From a virus, in the IMG/VR virus record IMGVR_UViG_3300008448_000002, positions 64,001 to 128,000 of that record: DNA of 64,000 nucleotides; one strand, written 5' to 3'. The notes beneath the pieces are model-generated. The model was given only the letters and a program-made list of their open reading frames with translations. It was not told the origin of the DNA and searched no databases. Numbering within the stretch: position 1 is the first letter of the stretch; the number at the start of each line of letters is the position of its first letter. Made by a program: the position numbers and the translations under genes. Positions 1-9,695 of this stretch are shown piece after piece.

Positions 1-729
1 ATTACCAGCTTCATTCATTCTTCTAATTGTTTGTACTGGTAAAGGTTTCCCCTTTAAATTATCGGAATACTTCTTTCTTGAATTAGAGAACTTATTTACG
101 GTGAAATCAGTAATAATTTTTGAATTAGGATATAATTTTACATATTCTTCCAGTGTTAAACCATGAGTCAATGAATGACGGGTATTCATCATTCTTAATT
201 TTTTATTACAAATAGCACATTCTATCGTTTCGTAATCAATACTTTTAACTTTCTTTGGTTTATTTTTAAAAGACTCCATTCTTGCTTTTGTTGATTTTTC
301 TACAATCTCTCTAGGTATTTTTCGTCCAGTTAGTTTTCTTGAAATATTATCCTTTTGTTCCTGTGTTAAAGGCTTTCTCGGTTTTGTTTGTTTTAACCCT
401 GTTTTAGCTCGGCTTAATTTTAATTTCTGTTCCTCTGACATGGGAACACCTTTATTGTGTGCCTGTCTTCCTTTGGTTTTATTTCTTATTTTTAACTTTA
501 CTTCTTCACTTCTAGGTACTCCCTTCCTAGAATTATTATGTTTAGTAGCATGAACACTATATCGGTGTCTGGTATATTCAGACATTGTAGGACTATTAGG
601 GTATAATTTTACATAATCCGCTGTTGTATGAATATCGTGTTGTTTTAAATGCGTAATTGAAAGCATTTTAAATTTTTTATTACAAATAGCGCATTCTACA
701 TAATTTTCCATATAGGAATTATAACTCAT
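1..729 (-). CDS. Partial (runs off window start) homing-endonuclease-like protein with two C2H2/MucR-like zinc fingers and NUMOD3-like basic repeats
   Basis: Manually translated, not in the ORF track. ATG at 729, open to base 1. MSYNSYMENYVECAICNKKFKMLSITHLKQHDIHTTADYVKLYPNS... with a second copy IECAICNKKLRMMNTRHSLTHGLTLEEYVKLYPNS. Between them NUMOD3-like repeats RSEEVKLKIR, MSEEQKLKLS, LTQEQKDNISRKLTG. The nuclease domain is not visible in the window. Confidence 0.7.
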   Translation of the reverse strand, partial: MSYNSYMENYVECAICNKKFKMLSITHLKQHDIHTTADYVKLYPNSPTMSEYTRHRYSVHATKHNNSRKGVPRSEEVKLKIRNKTKGRQAHNKGVPMSEEQKLKLSRAKTGLKQTKPRKPLTQEQKDNISRKLTGRKIPREIVEKSTKARMESFKNKPKKVKSIDYETIECAICNKKLRMMNTRHSLTHGLTLEEYVKLYPNSKIITDFTVNKFSNSRKKYSDNLKGKPLPVQTIRRMNEAGN

Positions 730-745
730 TTTATGTTGGTTTACA

Positions 746-775
746 ATAAAAAAGAGGGCATTTTAAGCCCTCTTT
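746..775 (-). terminator. Rho-independent terminator after the tail sheath gene
   Basis: 9-bp stem AAAGAGGGC/GCCCTCTTT (751-759/767-775), followed by a U-run on the minus strand. Confidence 0.75.
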
Positions 776-800
776 AAAGTTTTTTATGTATTTTATTATA

Positions 801-3800
801 TTACTGAGTAGCTGTTCTATTATTGAAAAGTTGATTTAAATCAGTACCAGTGTTGACAATTCTGATAGGGACGAATAAAAATTCCAGGGTCTTCGATGGC
901 GCAATCGCCACGTCAATCCAGAGTTCATTTCTGTCAATTCTCGCAGGAGTATTGTTTGTTTCATCGCAAATAACAATGAAGTCATATAATCCACGAAGTG
1001 CCAAAATATCACCCAAAAATCTTTCAAACGCATTTTTAACAGCGTCTCTTGTTTGTTGGTCGTTTTGTTCAAATAAGAATGGTTTTGAAAGGTTATCTAA
1101 TTTATAACGAATATAGTTAATCAATCTAGCAACATTTATTCTATCCAAAGCAGATGAAACAGGTGATAATGTTTTTTGACCGTATATTACTAATCCTCTA
1201 TTTGGAATGTAGGCAATAGGGTTAATTTTGTTTTCATATAAAACGTCTCTTAAACCATTGCTTAAAACAGTTGGTCTAAACTCACCTTCACTTGTCAAGT
1301 AACCAACAGTTGTAGCATTTGTTACTAATCCTCTTTCAAATCCAGCGGGAGCAAACCAAGGATAAGAAACAATATCATTTCTTACGATTGTTCTTAAGGC
1401 AATTGTAGATGGTGGAATAGCGATTTCCGAACCATCAATGTTTGTTCCCAAGCCCCAAGGATAGTAAATACCAGCATAAGGCGAAGCTGATACTAAACCA
1501 TCTTCACTATTACTAGAAGCACCACTTAATTCTGGATTTGCCCATTTTTGTATAGCTGTTCCATTGGCAGGTAATCGTATTGGAGAATCACCAACAACAA
1601 ACGCAACTTCTTTCTTGTCTGTATTTAAAGAAATCATTTCATCAAGTAATTCTACATAACCAGGAGCAGAGATTAAATTATAGAAAATCGTTTCTGCTCT
1701 AATGTCTTCATTACCAGCAATAGTTGCCGCTAATGATTGTACAATCATTTGACGTTGTGCTTTTCTTCCCATGTAGGGACTACCATCTTGTTTATTACCT
1801 GATACTGTAATCCATCGTCCTTCTTCGACAACGGGTGAACCAGAGTACGCGCCCACTGTATATACTGTTTGTGTGTAATCTGTTCCATTGAAATCAACTG
1901 AAAGATAATTTGGTTTCCATTGTTTTACATTCAAGGTAGAATATCTTGTATTAAACAACAACATACCTTCTGGATATGCTCTAGGGTCTGGCGCGTCTGG
2001 GTCTACAAAATCACTTGTAACCATAGCGGATGTTGTTTTATCACCATCTAATGTACCATCGGCACTCCATCTAGCATCGGCGAATATTACACCGAATGGT
2101 GTTGTTTGGTCTGTGTTGTCAATCAATACCCATGTGTTACTGGATGTTTGAAATCTGTAAATTTTTGGATAATTCTCTAAATCAGATGTTCTTACCCAAA
2201 TATCATTATCAACCAAAGGTGAGCCACCTGATTGTGTTGTTGGAGCAGAACCACTTAAGATTGGTCCATTAGTATCTGTACCAGAGTAGGCAGAATAGTT
2301 TCTATACCCTTTCCATTGGTCGCCATCATTTACCATGATATCAACAGCAAATGAACTATTATACCATAGTGTATCTTCTGTTGGAGTAGATGTTATCGCC
2401 GTTAAGGATGGAGTATGAGATAGGTTACTCCATGTTGTGCCATTGAATACTCTTAAAATATGACTTGCCAAAGCATCTGTAGAGTCACCATACGCATTAT
2501 ATTGTACATAAACACTACCTGCTGTTCTTGTAGAACCAAGAGCCGTATTAGCTGCCGTATCATCGGCATATAGGTTGGCGGTTACTACGCCAAAGGTATT
2601 TGTTGAAGAATTATATCTCTTTAGTAAATACTTTGCTCCAGCATTAGGAATGGTTGTTTTAACCCAAACATCACCAACAGATGAACCCGTTGGAATTGTC
2701 GTGTGCGGGGAATAATATAAATCATTCCCTTTAACTAAGGTTGTTGTAACCCCAAGTAAAGTTGCGGGAGTTGACGTTGTGTTTGTCAATTTTATGTTTC
2801 CGCCAAACGTATTTGTAATAACCAATGCCGTTGCTGGATTAGAGGCAACAATACCTTTTGCGGGGTGATTTGCTGCCAAGCCAGTGATTGCTGCGTTAAT
2901 CTGCGTTACTACGTTTGAAAGAGTTGTTATTGAACTAAATGTTACAGCAACATCATTACCAGATAATCCATCAACATTTATTGTCAAAACAGAACTGTTT
3001 AATCCTGCTAAGGTTGGTGAAGAGCTGCCAACTATTCTTGTTGGGGTTGCCTTTTTCCAGTTTGCGCTACCAACTAAGAACCATAAGTCAATAGCCGCTG
3101 AATCCGTTGATTGACTTACTGCTTGTGGTCTTAATTTTTGAAAAATTAAATAATCACTATTTTTTGTCAAAACAGCAAATTCACCTGCTGTTCCAATGGT
3201 AGCTTTTGGTGTTTCTTGGGCAACTAATGTTGTATTAGAAATATCTTTTAATCCAATATCAGTAATCAACTGAGCAGTCGTTGTACCTGTAATTACCAAG
3301 TTTCCGCCAGCAATATTTCTCAAAAATAAATATGATTTACCAGCAAGTCTATATACACCTGCTTGTATTCCTGGAATTGCTGCCGCTGTGATAGCATTTA
3401 CTATCTGTGTTAATGTATTACCTGAAGAAACCGCAACGGTCACACCATTGATTACTAAACTTCCTGTTACAGAGGCAACTGCCGTTACAGCGTCAGCATA
3501 TCCAACATTTGCCAATATTTCTTTGTCAATATCCGAAGTTGAATTAATGATGTATGGTGTTCTTGCTCCAAATGCGTTGTATGGTACAGAACCACCATTA
3601 CTTTCAAATATACCAAAAGATGTTTGTGATAAATCCAACCAATACGCACCGTTTGATGGATTACCTCGCGGAGTTGTGGCACGAGGTGAAAGTGAACTAT
3701 AATCAATTGCCGCTCTTACTACATATGCTCTGTTAGCAACACCAAGGTATTGATAAGCAGCATGTAAACCATATTCATTCAATTCATAACCATGAATAGG

Positions 3801-4043
3801 TGTTCCACCTGAACTATAGAAAATAGGATTGCCAAATGTTTGTATTAATTCTCTTTGTGAGCTAATTGTATATAATTTACCAGCATTTGATGCTAATGTG
3901 CCTTCTGCCACAGATGCCCCATCTGGTGCTGTTTTGTTTTCCGCTGTTCCAAAAATAATTAGCGGAACTGTGCCGCTTCCTGCCGAGCTGTAAAAACTCT
4001 CGTCAATTACTGATACTTCTACGCCTGGTGATACCAATGTCAT
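801..4043 (-). CDS. gp18: Contractile tail sheath protein (T4 gp18-like), 1080 aa with a large internal insertion
   Basis: N-terminus LVSPGVEVSVIDESFY; C-terminal sheath motifs YPWFAPAG..RG, NKINPI, GQKTL, SALDRINVARL, CDETNNTPARIDRNELWIDVAIAP. Confidence 0.95.
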   Translation of the reverse strand: MTLVSPGVEVSVIDESFYSSAGSGTVPLIIFGTAENKTAPDGASVAEGTLASNAGKLYTISSQRELIQTFGNPIFYSSGGTPIHGYELNEYGLHAAYQYLGVANRAYVVRAAIDYSSLSPRATTPRGNPSNGAYWLDLSQTSFGIFESNGGSVPYNAFGARTPYIINSTSDIDKEILANVGYADAVTAVASVTGSLVINGVTVAVSSGNTLTQIVNAITAAAIPGIQAGVYRLAGKSYLFLRNIAGGNLVITGTTTAQLITDIGLKDISNTTLVAQETPKATIGTAGEFAVLTKNSDYLIFQKLRPQAVSQSTDSAAIDLWFLVGSANWKKATPTRIVGSSSPTLAGLNSSVLTINVDGLSGNDVAVTFSSITTLSNVVTQINAAITGLAANHPAKGIVASNPATALVITNTFGGNIKLTNTTSTPATLLGVTTTLVKGNDLYYSPHTTIPTGSSVGDVWVKTTIPNAGAKYLLKRYNSSTNTFGVVTANLYADDTAANTALGSTRTAGSVYVQYNAYGDSTDALASHILRVFNGTTWSNLSHTPSLTAITSTPTEDTLWYNSSFAVDIMVNDGDQWKGYRNYSAYSGTDTNGPILSGSAPTTQSGGSPLVDNDIWVRTSDLENYPKIYRFQTSSNTWVLIDNTDQTTPFGVIFADARWSADGTLDGDKTTSAMVTSDFVDPDAPDPRAYPEGMLLFNTRYSTLNVKQWKPNYLSVDFNGTDYTQTVYTVGAYSGSPVVEEGRWITVSGNKQDGSPYMGRKAQRQMIVQSLAATIAGNEDIRAETIFYNLISAPGYVELLDEMISLNTDKKEVAFVVGDSPIRLPANGTAIQKWANPELSGASSNSEDGLVSASPYAGIYYPWGLGTNIDGSEIAIPPSTIALRTIVRNDIVSYPWFAPAGFERGLVTNATTVGYLTSEGEFRPTVLSNGLRDVLYENKINPIAYIPNRGLVIYGQKTLSPVSSALDRINVARLINYIRYKLDNLSKPFLFEQNDQQTRDAVKNAFERFLGDILALRGLYDFIVICDETNNTPARIDRNELWIDVAIAPSKTLEFLFVPIRIVNTGTDLNQLFNNRTATQ

Positions 4044-4134
4044 AATAAACCTTTCAATGTCTTAATTCTTTTATACTATTATTTATGAAATTATTGAAAT
4101 AAGGGTATAATTTCGTTGAAAGGTTTAGTAATGC

Positions 4135-4737
4135 TTAAATTATTGTTTTTATAATTTCTTTTAATGTTTTCAAATTACTATTGTTGTAGATTATTTCTGT
4201 ATTATACGATACCGATGCCCATTCCGAATAATGTACATTGTATTTTTCCATATCTTTAATTGATTCATCATTAATGTTTTTGGCAATATCATACCATTCT
4301 GGTAAATCACCTCTGATTACTCTGTATAATTTTCCGCCAACTTCTTCAATTGCCTGTAACTCATTGATGAATCTACAATCCGTAATAACAATATTATCGT
4401 TGCTATCAAGTATTCGTTTCTTTAACGATTTTATCCATATATCTTGATGAAAATTATTCCTGAATACTTCTGTGCCAATTTCTTGTAATACTTTTCTGGG
4501 TGTAATTTCTTTGTTTAATTCGTTTGACCAATATTCGTCAATTGTTTCTCTCCATTGTCTCGAATGTGGTGTGCTTCCTTCTAATAATTCTCTATCCCAT
4601 GAGAATATAGTTGAAACGCTGTCTTTTAATGGTTTTGCGAATGATTCTTGTTTAAATCCATAATCATCAACTAATATATTTGCTATTGTGGATTTACCAG
4701 AGCCAGCCAGTCCTAAAATACCTATAATCTTTTTCAT
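4135..4737 (-). CDS. Deoxynucleoside monophosphate kinase (T4 gp1-like)
   Basis: IIGILGLAGSGKST P-loop, SFAKPLKD, TPRKVLQEIGTE, ITDCRFINE, HYSEW. Confidence 0.9.
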   Translation of the reverse strand: MKKIIGILGLAGSGKSTIANILVDDYGFKQESFAKPLKDSVSTIFSWDRELLEGSTPHSRQWRETIDEYWSNELNKEITPRKVLQEIGTEVFRNNFHQDIWIKSLKKRILDSNDNIVITDCRFINELQAIEEVGGKLYRVIRGDLPEWYDIAKNINDESIKDMEKYNVHYSEWASVSYNTEIIYNNSNLKTLKEIIKTII

Positions 4738-4925
4738 AAGGGAAACTCTAACAGCATAATATTGCTAATAGATAAAAATTGTGATTTTCCAGAAAAAATC
4801 TTTTTACTATAATATATACAGAACTTGCCACCCCTTAACCACGATTCATTATGGATTACAGTATTAATAGACTCAATTTCTTTTAATGTTATATATTTAT
4901 TTTTTTCAATATTTAAAGTTTTCAT
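4734..4925 (-). CDS. Small hypothetical protein (MKT-family member)
   Basis: ORF track; overlaps both neighbours in ATGA style; starts MKTLNIEKNKY. Confidence 0.55.
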   Translation of the reverse strand: MKTLNIEKNKYITLKEIESINTVIHNESWLRGGKFCIYYSKKIFSGKSQFLSISNIMLLEFPL

Positions 4926-5107
4926 AATAATCTCATATTACTATTAAAATTAATTGGTATGTCAATAAATTCATAACTAAGTAGCATTATTTTTATTTCA
5001 TAAAAATCTTCTTTAGTTGTTTCAAAAAATGCTATTTTAGTAAAATAACTACCATCTTTTTCTAAAAAGGTATTATATTGTTTATTATTGACACGAAGCG
5101 TTTTCAT
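4922..5107 (-). CDS. Small hypothetical protein, tandem paralog of 5145-5315
   Basis: MKTLRVNNKQYNTFLEKD...FETTKEDFYEIKIM aligns with the upstream ORF. Confidence 0.7.
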   Translation of the reverse strand: MKTLRVNNKQYNTFLEKDGSYFTKIAFFETTKEDFYEIKIMLLSYEFIDIPINFNSNMRLL

Positions 5108-5144
5108 AGTATAATTATAACATAATTATGGTAAATTTTACAAT

Positions 5145-5315
5145 CTAATAAGTTACTAAAGTTAAGGAAACATCAGCATAACTAAAAGGTCTCATTATTT
5201 CAACTTCATAATAATCTTCTTTAATTGTTTCACTGAAATACAATTTGGACAGATATAAAATATCCTTTTTTAAAAAAGTATCATATTTTTCGTTATTGAC
5301 TTGAACCGTTTTCAT
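5145..5315 (-). CDS. 56-aa hypothetical protein, paralog of 4922-5107
   Basis: Manual translation, below the ORF-track cutoff: MKTVQVNNEKYDTFLKKDILYLSKLYFSETIKEDYYEVEIMRPFSYADVSLTLVTY*. ATGA overlap with 5312-5509. Confidence 0.7.
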   Translation of the reverse strand: MKTVQVNNEKYDTFLKKDILYLSKLYFSETIKEDYYEVEIMRPFSYADVSLTLVTY

Positions 5316-5509
5316 GAAATGTATCTTAATTTACGAGATTTAAACATCACATGGTTACGTTTCGTTAGTATTCTATAATGATACTCTAAATAGTCATCAT
5401 AACAATGTATTACAAAACAAGCATTGTGTTTGTAGGTATTATCATCAACTGCGATAGACCGTTTCTTTAGTAAAGTATAATCATAACGGGGCAGTAGAGC
5501 TTTTTTCAT
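5312..5509 (-). CDS. Small hypothetical protein
   Basis: ORF track; TTTACA...TATAAT element upstream; translationally coupled to the next ORF. Confidence 0.55.
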   Translation of the reverse strand: MKKALLPRYDYTLLKKRSIAVDDNTYKHNACFVIHCYDDYLEYHYRILTKRNHVMFKSRKLRYIS

Positions 5510-5537
5510 ATGATTATAATAACATAATTATTGTAAA

Positions 5538-6284
5538 TCAGCCAATAATAAATCCATAACCCATATTAGAATCCATTTGATTCTTTAATTCTTCTTCAAG
5601 AGTTATCATCATTTCTTTGGCATCGGCTTTTAATTCAGCACCATTTAATGAGCCGCCTCCTTGTGGTCCAGCGATTGTAGAAAACTTAGAATATGCTTCT
5701 CCAAGCATCATTTTACATTTTGCCACGGTATATTCTCTTATCCAAGGTCTAGCATATATATCTTTTAGAATAATATCATCGGGTCTTGTATTGTGTATAT
5801 GTAGTAAGATTGATTCTACGTTTCTGATGTCTCTATCTAAAGATAACCTTCTTGATGTTGGGTCGTATTGAAAGGTTACATATAGACCAAACATTCTACC
5901 TATTATTTCCTGAAATCCAGAAAACAATTCATATGTCACTAAATCTGTGCTTCCGCCACCTGTTAAAACAAATTGGTTTACAAACGCAGAGGCAAATGGG
6001 TCAAAATTGAGTCCTTGACCAGAAATAGTGCCCGTTGTACCTCTTCTAAAGATATTTTTCACTAAAATTACTTCTTCTGGTAAGTAATAGTCTCTTTGTC
6101 CTGGTTGTACCTCTAAAAACGCAAATCTTTCTTCTGTAGAGTTTACTGACCTTAATCTATATCTTTCAAATGCCAATTTTAATGCCAATTCATAATGTTC
6201 TGGGTCAAGGTAAACATCAACCAATCCTTCACCAAGGGTTAGTCTAACATCATTGATAATTTCTTGTTTTAATGGTGATAACAT
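5538..6284 (-). CDS. gp13: Neck/head-tail adaptor protein (T4 gp13-like)
   Basis: IRLTLGEGLVDV-like N-terminus; WIREYTVAKCKMMLGEAYSKFSTIAGPQGGGSLNGAELKADA. Confidence 0.85.
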   Translation of the reverse strand: MLSPLKQEIINDVRLTLGEGLVDVYLDPEHYELALKLAFERYRLRSVNSTEERFAFLEVQPGQRDYYLPEEVILVKNIFRRGTTGTISGQGLNFDPFASAFVNQFVLTGGGSTDLVTYELFSGFQEIIGRMFGLYVTFQYDPTSRRLSLDRDIRNVESILLHIHNTRPDDIILKDIYARPWIREYTVAKCKMMLGEAYSKFSTIAGPQGGGSLNGAELKADAKEMMITLEEELKNQMDSNMGYGFIIG

Positions 6285-6304
6285 ATTTTTTCCTATTATA
6301 TAAG

Positions 6305-6316
6305 TATTTATAAATA
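6305..6316. promoter_or_regulatory. Overlapping back-to-back T4-type late promoters (TATAAATA on both strands)
   Basis: TATTTATAAATA lies between the divergent gp13-like and PcfJ-LRR genes. Confidence 0.7.
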
Positions 6317-6322
6317 GTATGT

Positions 6323-7468
6323 ATGAAGATACATCAAATTATAACTGAATCAATATTACTCGAATACAATATTATCAATAATGATAAAATTAATAATATT
6401 TTAGATTTATTTCTAAAAGAAAAAGAAGTTACTGATATTTTCGTAATTAATTGGTTAAAGAAAAAAGTGAACAATTATATCAATTCAACAGGAAAATTCT
6501 TGAATCTGTATAATCCAACAGAAGATGACAAACAAAAATATCCTTGGTTAAACAAGGCGATTGATAATAACCAAGAAATATATAGATTCACAGAGGTTGC
6601 TGGTTTTAGGATGAGAGTAGACTCGGTTATTGATTGGGTTAAGTCACTTAATAAAGAAGATGAAGACTACAAAAAACTAGACAGAATATCCTTTGAACAG
6701 GCACTAGAACGCCATGATAGATGGATGAAGAAGAACGATGGCATTCTTAGGGATGACAGTAAATTAGTAAAAACTATTTACTCTTTCCCCGATGGATATA
6801 AAATTGTAGAATTACCCGATGACTTCTGTAAAACTCGTGAAGGTCAATTGATGGGACATTGTGTTGGACAAGGAAAATATTCAGGAAAAACTATATTTTC
6901 ATTAAGAGATAGGAAGAATAATCCCCATGCCACATTAGAATTAAAAGGAAATCGCGTAGTACAACTACAAGGAAAAGAAAACAAAGATGTAGTTGAAAAG
7001 TATCATCCTTATCTACAAGAATTTTTTACTAATAGTGAGTATACGTTGACTGAAGGTTATTATACAAAAATTGGATTAATTAAACTCAATAATGAAGTAT
7101 ACAAAATAAATGAAATACCCGATGGACTAGTAATAGAAAATGAAACATACACTGATTTGGAAAATTGTGAAATTTTAACTAAATTACCGAATAATTTAAC
7201 AGTTAATCATTATTTGAATTTAAATGGTTGTATTAATTTAGTTAAAATTGGCGATAATTTGAAAGTTGGCACTAACTTAGATTTAGGTGGATGTGTTAAT
7301 TTAGTTAAAATAGGTGATAATTTAAGAGTTGGTCATGTATTAAACTTGAGTAATTGTACAAGTTTAGCCAGACTTCCATATGATACAAAAGTAGGTAGTT
7401 CTGTAATTTTAGATAGATATTCTAAAATTAGATTTCCAGAACACTTGAAAATATTGAGAAAAGATTAA
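6323..7468 (+). CDS. PcfJ-like domain plus C-terminal ~22-aa leucine-rich repeats; capsid-targeting-like N-terminus
   Basis: REGQLMGHCVG...IFSLRD..N.PHATLEL..N.VVQLQGKEN is PcfJ-like. Repeats LPNNLTVNHYLNLNGCINL, IGDNLKVGTNLDLGGCVNL. Starts MKIHQIITESILLE. Confidence 0.8.
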   Translation: MKIHQIITESILLEYNIINNDKINNILDLFLKEKEVTDIFVINWLKKKVNNYINSTGKFLNLYNPTEDDKQKYPWLNKAIDNNQEIYRFTEVAGFRMRVDSVIDWVKSLNKEDEDYKKLDRISFEQALERHDRWMKKNDGILRDDSKLVKTIYSFPDGYKIVELPDDFCKTREGQLMGHCVGQGKYSGKTIFSLRDRKNNPHATLELKGNRVVQLQGKENKDVVEKYHPYLQEFFTNSEYTLTEGYYTKIGLIKLNNEVYKINEIPDGLVIENETYTDLENCEILTKLPNNLTVNHYLNLNGCINLVKIGDNLKVGTNLDLGGCVNLVKIGDNLRVGHVLNLSNCTSLARLPYDTKVGSSVILDRYSKIRFPEHLKILRKD

Positions 7469-7506
7469 TTTAAATAATTGTTTTTGTATTTACAATAAAT
7501 AATAGT

Positions 7507-8565
7507 ATGCCCAAATTATCACTATGGAATCCTGTTAAAAAGAATGATTATCGCCTGTTTGACAGGACGATTAAGGAGATGTTTGACATCGGTGGGACTG
7601 GTGTATATTTACACAAATATCTTGGACCAAAAGACCAATTAGATACAGGTGATTCAACTTTGCCCCCTATTACAGATGGAAATGAAACTACCATACAAGA
7701 TTTATTATTTCTTGAAAACAGAGATAGAAAATACGATAAAGACATTTATGAATTAAGAGCGGTGTATAATCTACAGGATGCCGATTTTGATTTAAAACAA
7801 TTCAATATCTTTATAGAAAATGATGTTTTGTTTCTTGAGTTTCATATGAATGATAGTGTTGCCAAGATTGGCAGAAAAATAATGAATGGTGATGTTGTTG
7901 AATTACCCCATTTAAGAGATGAATACATATTGAATAGTTCAAAGGGTATAACCAATAAATTTTATGTGGTGGAAGATGTCAATAGAGCAAGTAGTGGTTA
8001 TTCACAAACATGGTATCCACATATTTTGCGCGTTAAAATTAAACCATTGACTGATTCACAAGAATATAAAGATATATTAGATGGTAGTGATGAAAACTAT
8101 CCTGACACTACAATAAGAGATATTTTAAGTAAGATTGACATTGATATTGGTATAACAGAGGCAATCATACAACAAGCAGAAAATGAGGTTGATAGAAGAA
8201 ACTTTGAGACAGCGCAGTTTTATGTTGTACCCAACGAAGAGATGACAAGTATGTATCCTTGGATATTCACTGGCGATGGTATTCCACCTAATGGGGCAGA
8301 ATTAGCTAGTTCTGGTAATTCCTTTCCGAGTAATCCAACAGAAGGTGATTGGTTTTTAAGAACCGATTATGAACCAAATGTATTATATAAAAGAGTTGAT
8401 GGTAATTGGAGAAGAAGAGAAGTTGATTACAGAAAACAATGGGTTGCCGCTCATAGAATATTGGCTTCTTTCATAAATAATGATACTATAACAAATAATC
8501 AAGGTGAAATATCACCGCAAAAACAAGCATTATCCAAAGCTATTAAACCAAAGGCTAATTTATGA
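7507..8565 (+). CDS. gp14: Neck/head-closure protein (T4 gp14-like)
   Basis: MPKLSLWNP..KNDYRLFDR, IQDLLFLENRDRKYD, GRKIMNGDVVELPH, WYPHILRVK; position next to gp13/gp15-like genes. Confidence 0.8.
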   Translation: MPKLSLWNPVKKNDYRLFDRTIKEMFDIGGTGVYLHKYLGPKDQLDTGDSTLPPITDGNETTIQDLLFLENRDRKYDKDIYELRAVYNLQDADFDLKQFNIFIENDVLFLEFHMNDSVAKIGRKIMNGDVVELPHLRDEYILNSSKGITNKFYVVEDVNRASSGYSQTWYPHILRVKIKPLTDSQEYKDILDGSDENYPDTTIRDILSKIDIDIGITEAIIQQAENEVDRRNFETAQFYVVPNEEMTSMYPWIFTGDGIPPNGAELASSGNSFPSNPTEGDWFLRTDYEPNVLYKRVDGNWRRREVDYRKQWVAAHRILASFINNDTITNNQGEISPQKQALSKAIKPKANL

Positions 8566-9689
8566 AGATACATCAAATTATAACAGAATCAATATTACTC
8601 GAATACAATATTATTGATACAATTGAAATTGATAATATTATAGATTTATTTCTAAAAGAAAAAGATGTTACGGATGTGTTTGTAATTAATTGGTTAAAGA
8701 AAAAAGTTAAAAACTATATTAATTTAACAGGTGAGTTTTTAAAATTATACAATCCAACAGAGGAAGATAAAAAAAAATATCCTTGGTTGAACAAGGCAAT
8801 TGATAATAAACAAGAGATATATAGATTGGGTAGTGTTTTTAGTCTTAGATTGAAAGTAGACATGATTATTGATTGGGTTAAATCTCTCAATAAAGAAGAT
8901 GAAGACTACAAGAAACTTGATAGGATTTCTTTTGAACAGGCACTAGAACGCCATGACAGGTGGATGAAAAAGAACGATGACATTATTAGAGACGACAGTA
9001 AATTAGTTAAAACGATTTACCAATTTGATGATGGCTATAAAATTGTAGAATTACCAGATGACTATTGTAAGACTAGAGAAGGTCAATTAATGGGACATTG
9101 CGTAGGTAAAGGCGGATATACAGGAAAAACTATATTTTCATTAAGAGATAGGAAGAATAATCCTCATGCCACATTGGAATTAGAAGGAAATAAAGTAGTA
9201 CAATTACAAGGAAAAGAAAACAAAGATGTGGTTGAGAAGTATCATAAGTATATTATTGAATTTATTGAAAATACCAATTATACATTAAATAATGTTTATC
9301 TCAAAAAAATAGGTTTTATTAAATTAAGTAATGGAATTATAGATAATTTAACTGTTAATGACATTTTGGATTTATCTGAAAACATGTGGTTAAATAGTGT
9401 TAGTGATAATTTTAAAATTGATGGTTCATTAAGTTTAGCTGACTGTAAAAACTTAGTTAGTATTGGCAATAATTTAACTGTTAATGGTAGCTTATATTTA
9501 AGACATTGTAAAAGTTTAATTAGTATTGGCAATAATTTAACTGTTGGTGAAAATTTAATTTTATATGGTTGTATAAATTTATTTAAATTACCAGTAGATA
9601 TACAAGTTGATGGTAACATATACATGGATAAAAATACAAAAACTATTATTCCTGATAATGTAAAAGATAAAATAATATATAGAGAATAA
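8562..9689 (+). CDS. PcfJ-like plus LRR protein, paralog of 6323-7468
   Basis: Identical first 17 aa (MKIHQIITESILLEYNI); near-identical PcfJ core; diverged repeat tail. Confidence 0.8.
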   Translation: MKIHQIITESILLEYNIIDTIEIDNIIDLFLKEKDVTDVFVINWLKKKVKNYINLTGEFLKLYNPTEEDKKKYPWLNKAIDNKQEIYRLGSVFSLRLKVDMIIDWVKSLNKEDEDYKKLDRISFEQALERHDRWMKKNDDIIRDDSKLVKTIYQFDDGYKIVELPDDYCKTREGQLMGHCVGKGGYTGKTIFSLRDRKNNPHATLELEGNKVVQLQGKENKDVVEKYHKYIIEFIENTNYTLNNVYLKKIGFIKLSNGIIDNLTVNDILDLSENMWLNSVSDNFKIDGSLSLADCKNLVSIGNNLTVNGSLYLRHCKSLISIGNNLTVGENLILYGCINLFKLPVDIQVDGNIYMDKNTKTIIPDNVKDKIIYRE

Positions 9690-9695
9690 TAATTT

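Noticed and set aside
6323-9689. Diversity-generating retroelement acting on the LRR tails
   Set aside because: No reverse transcriptase is present and there is no TR/VR pair differing only at adenines.
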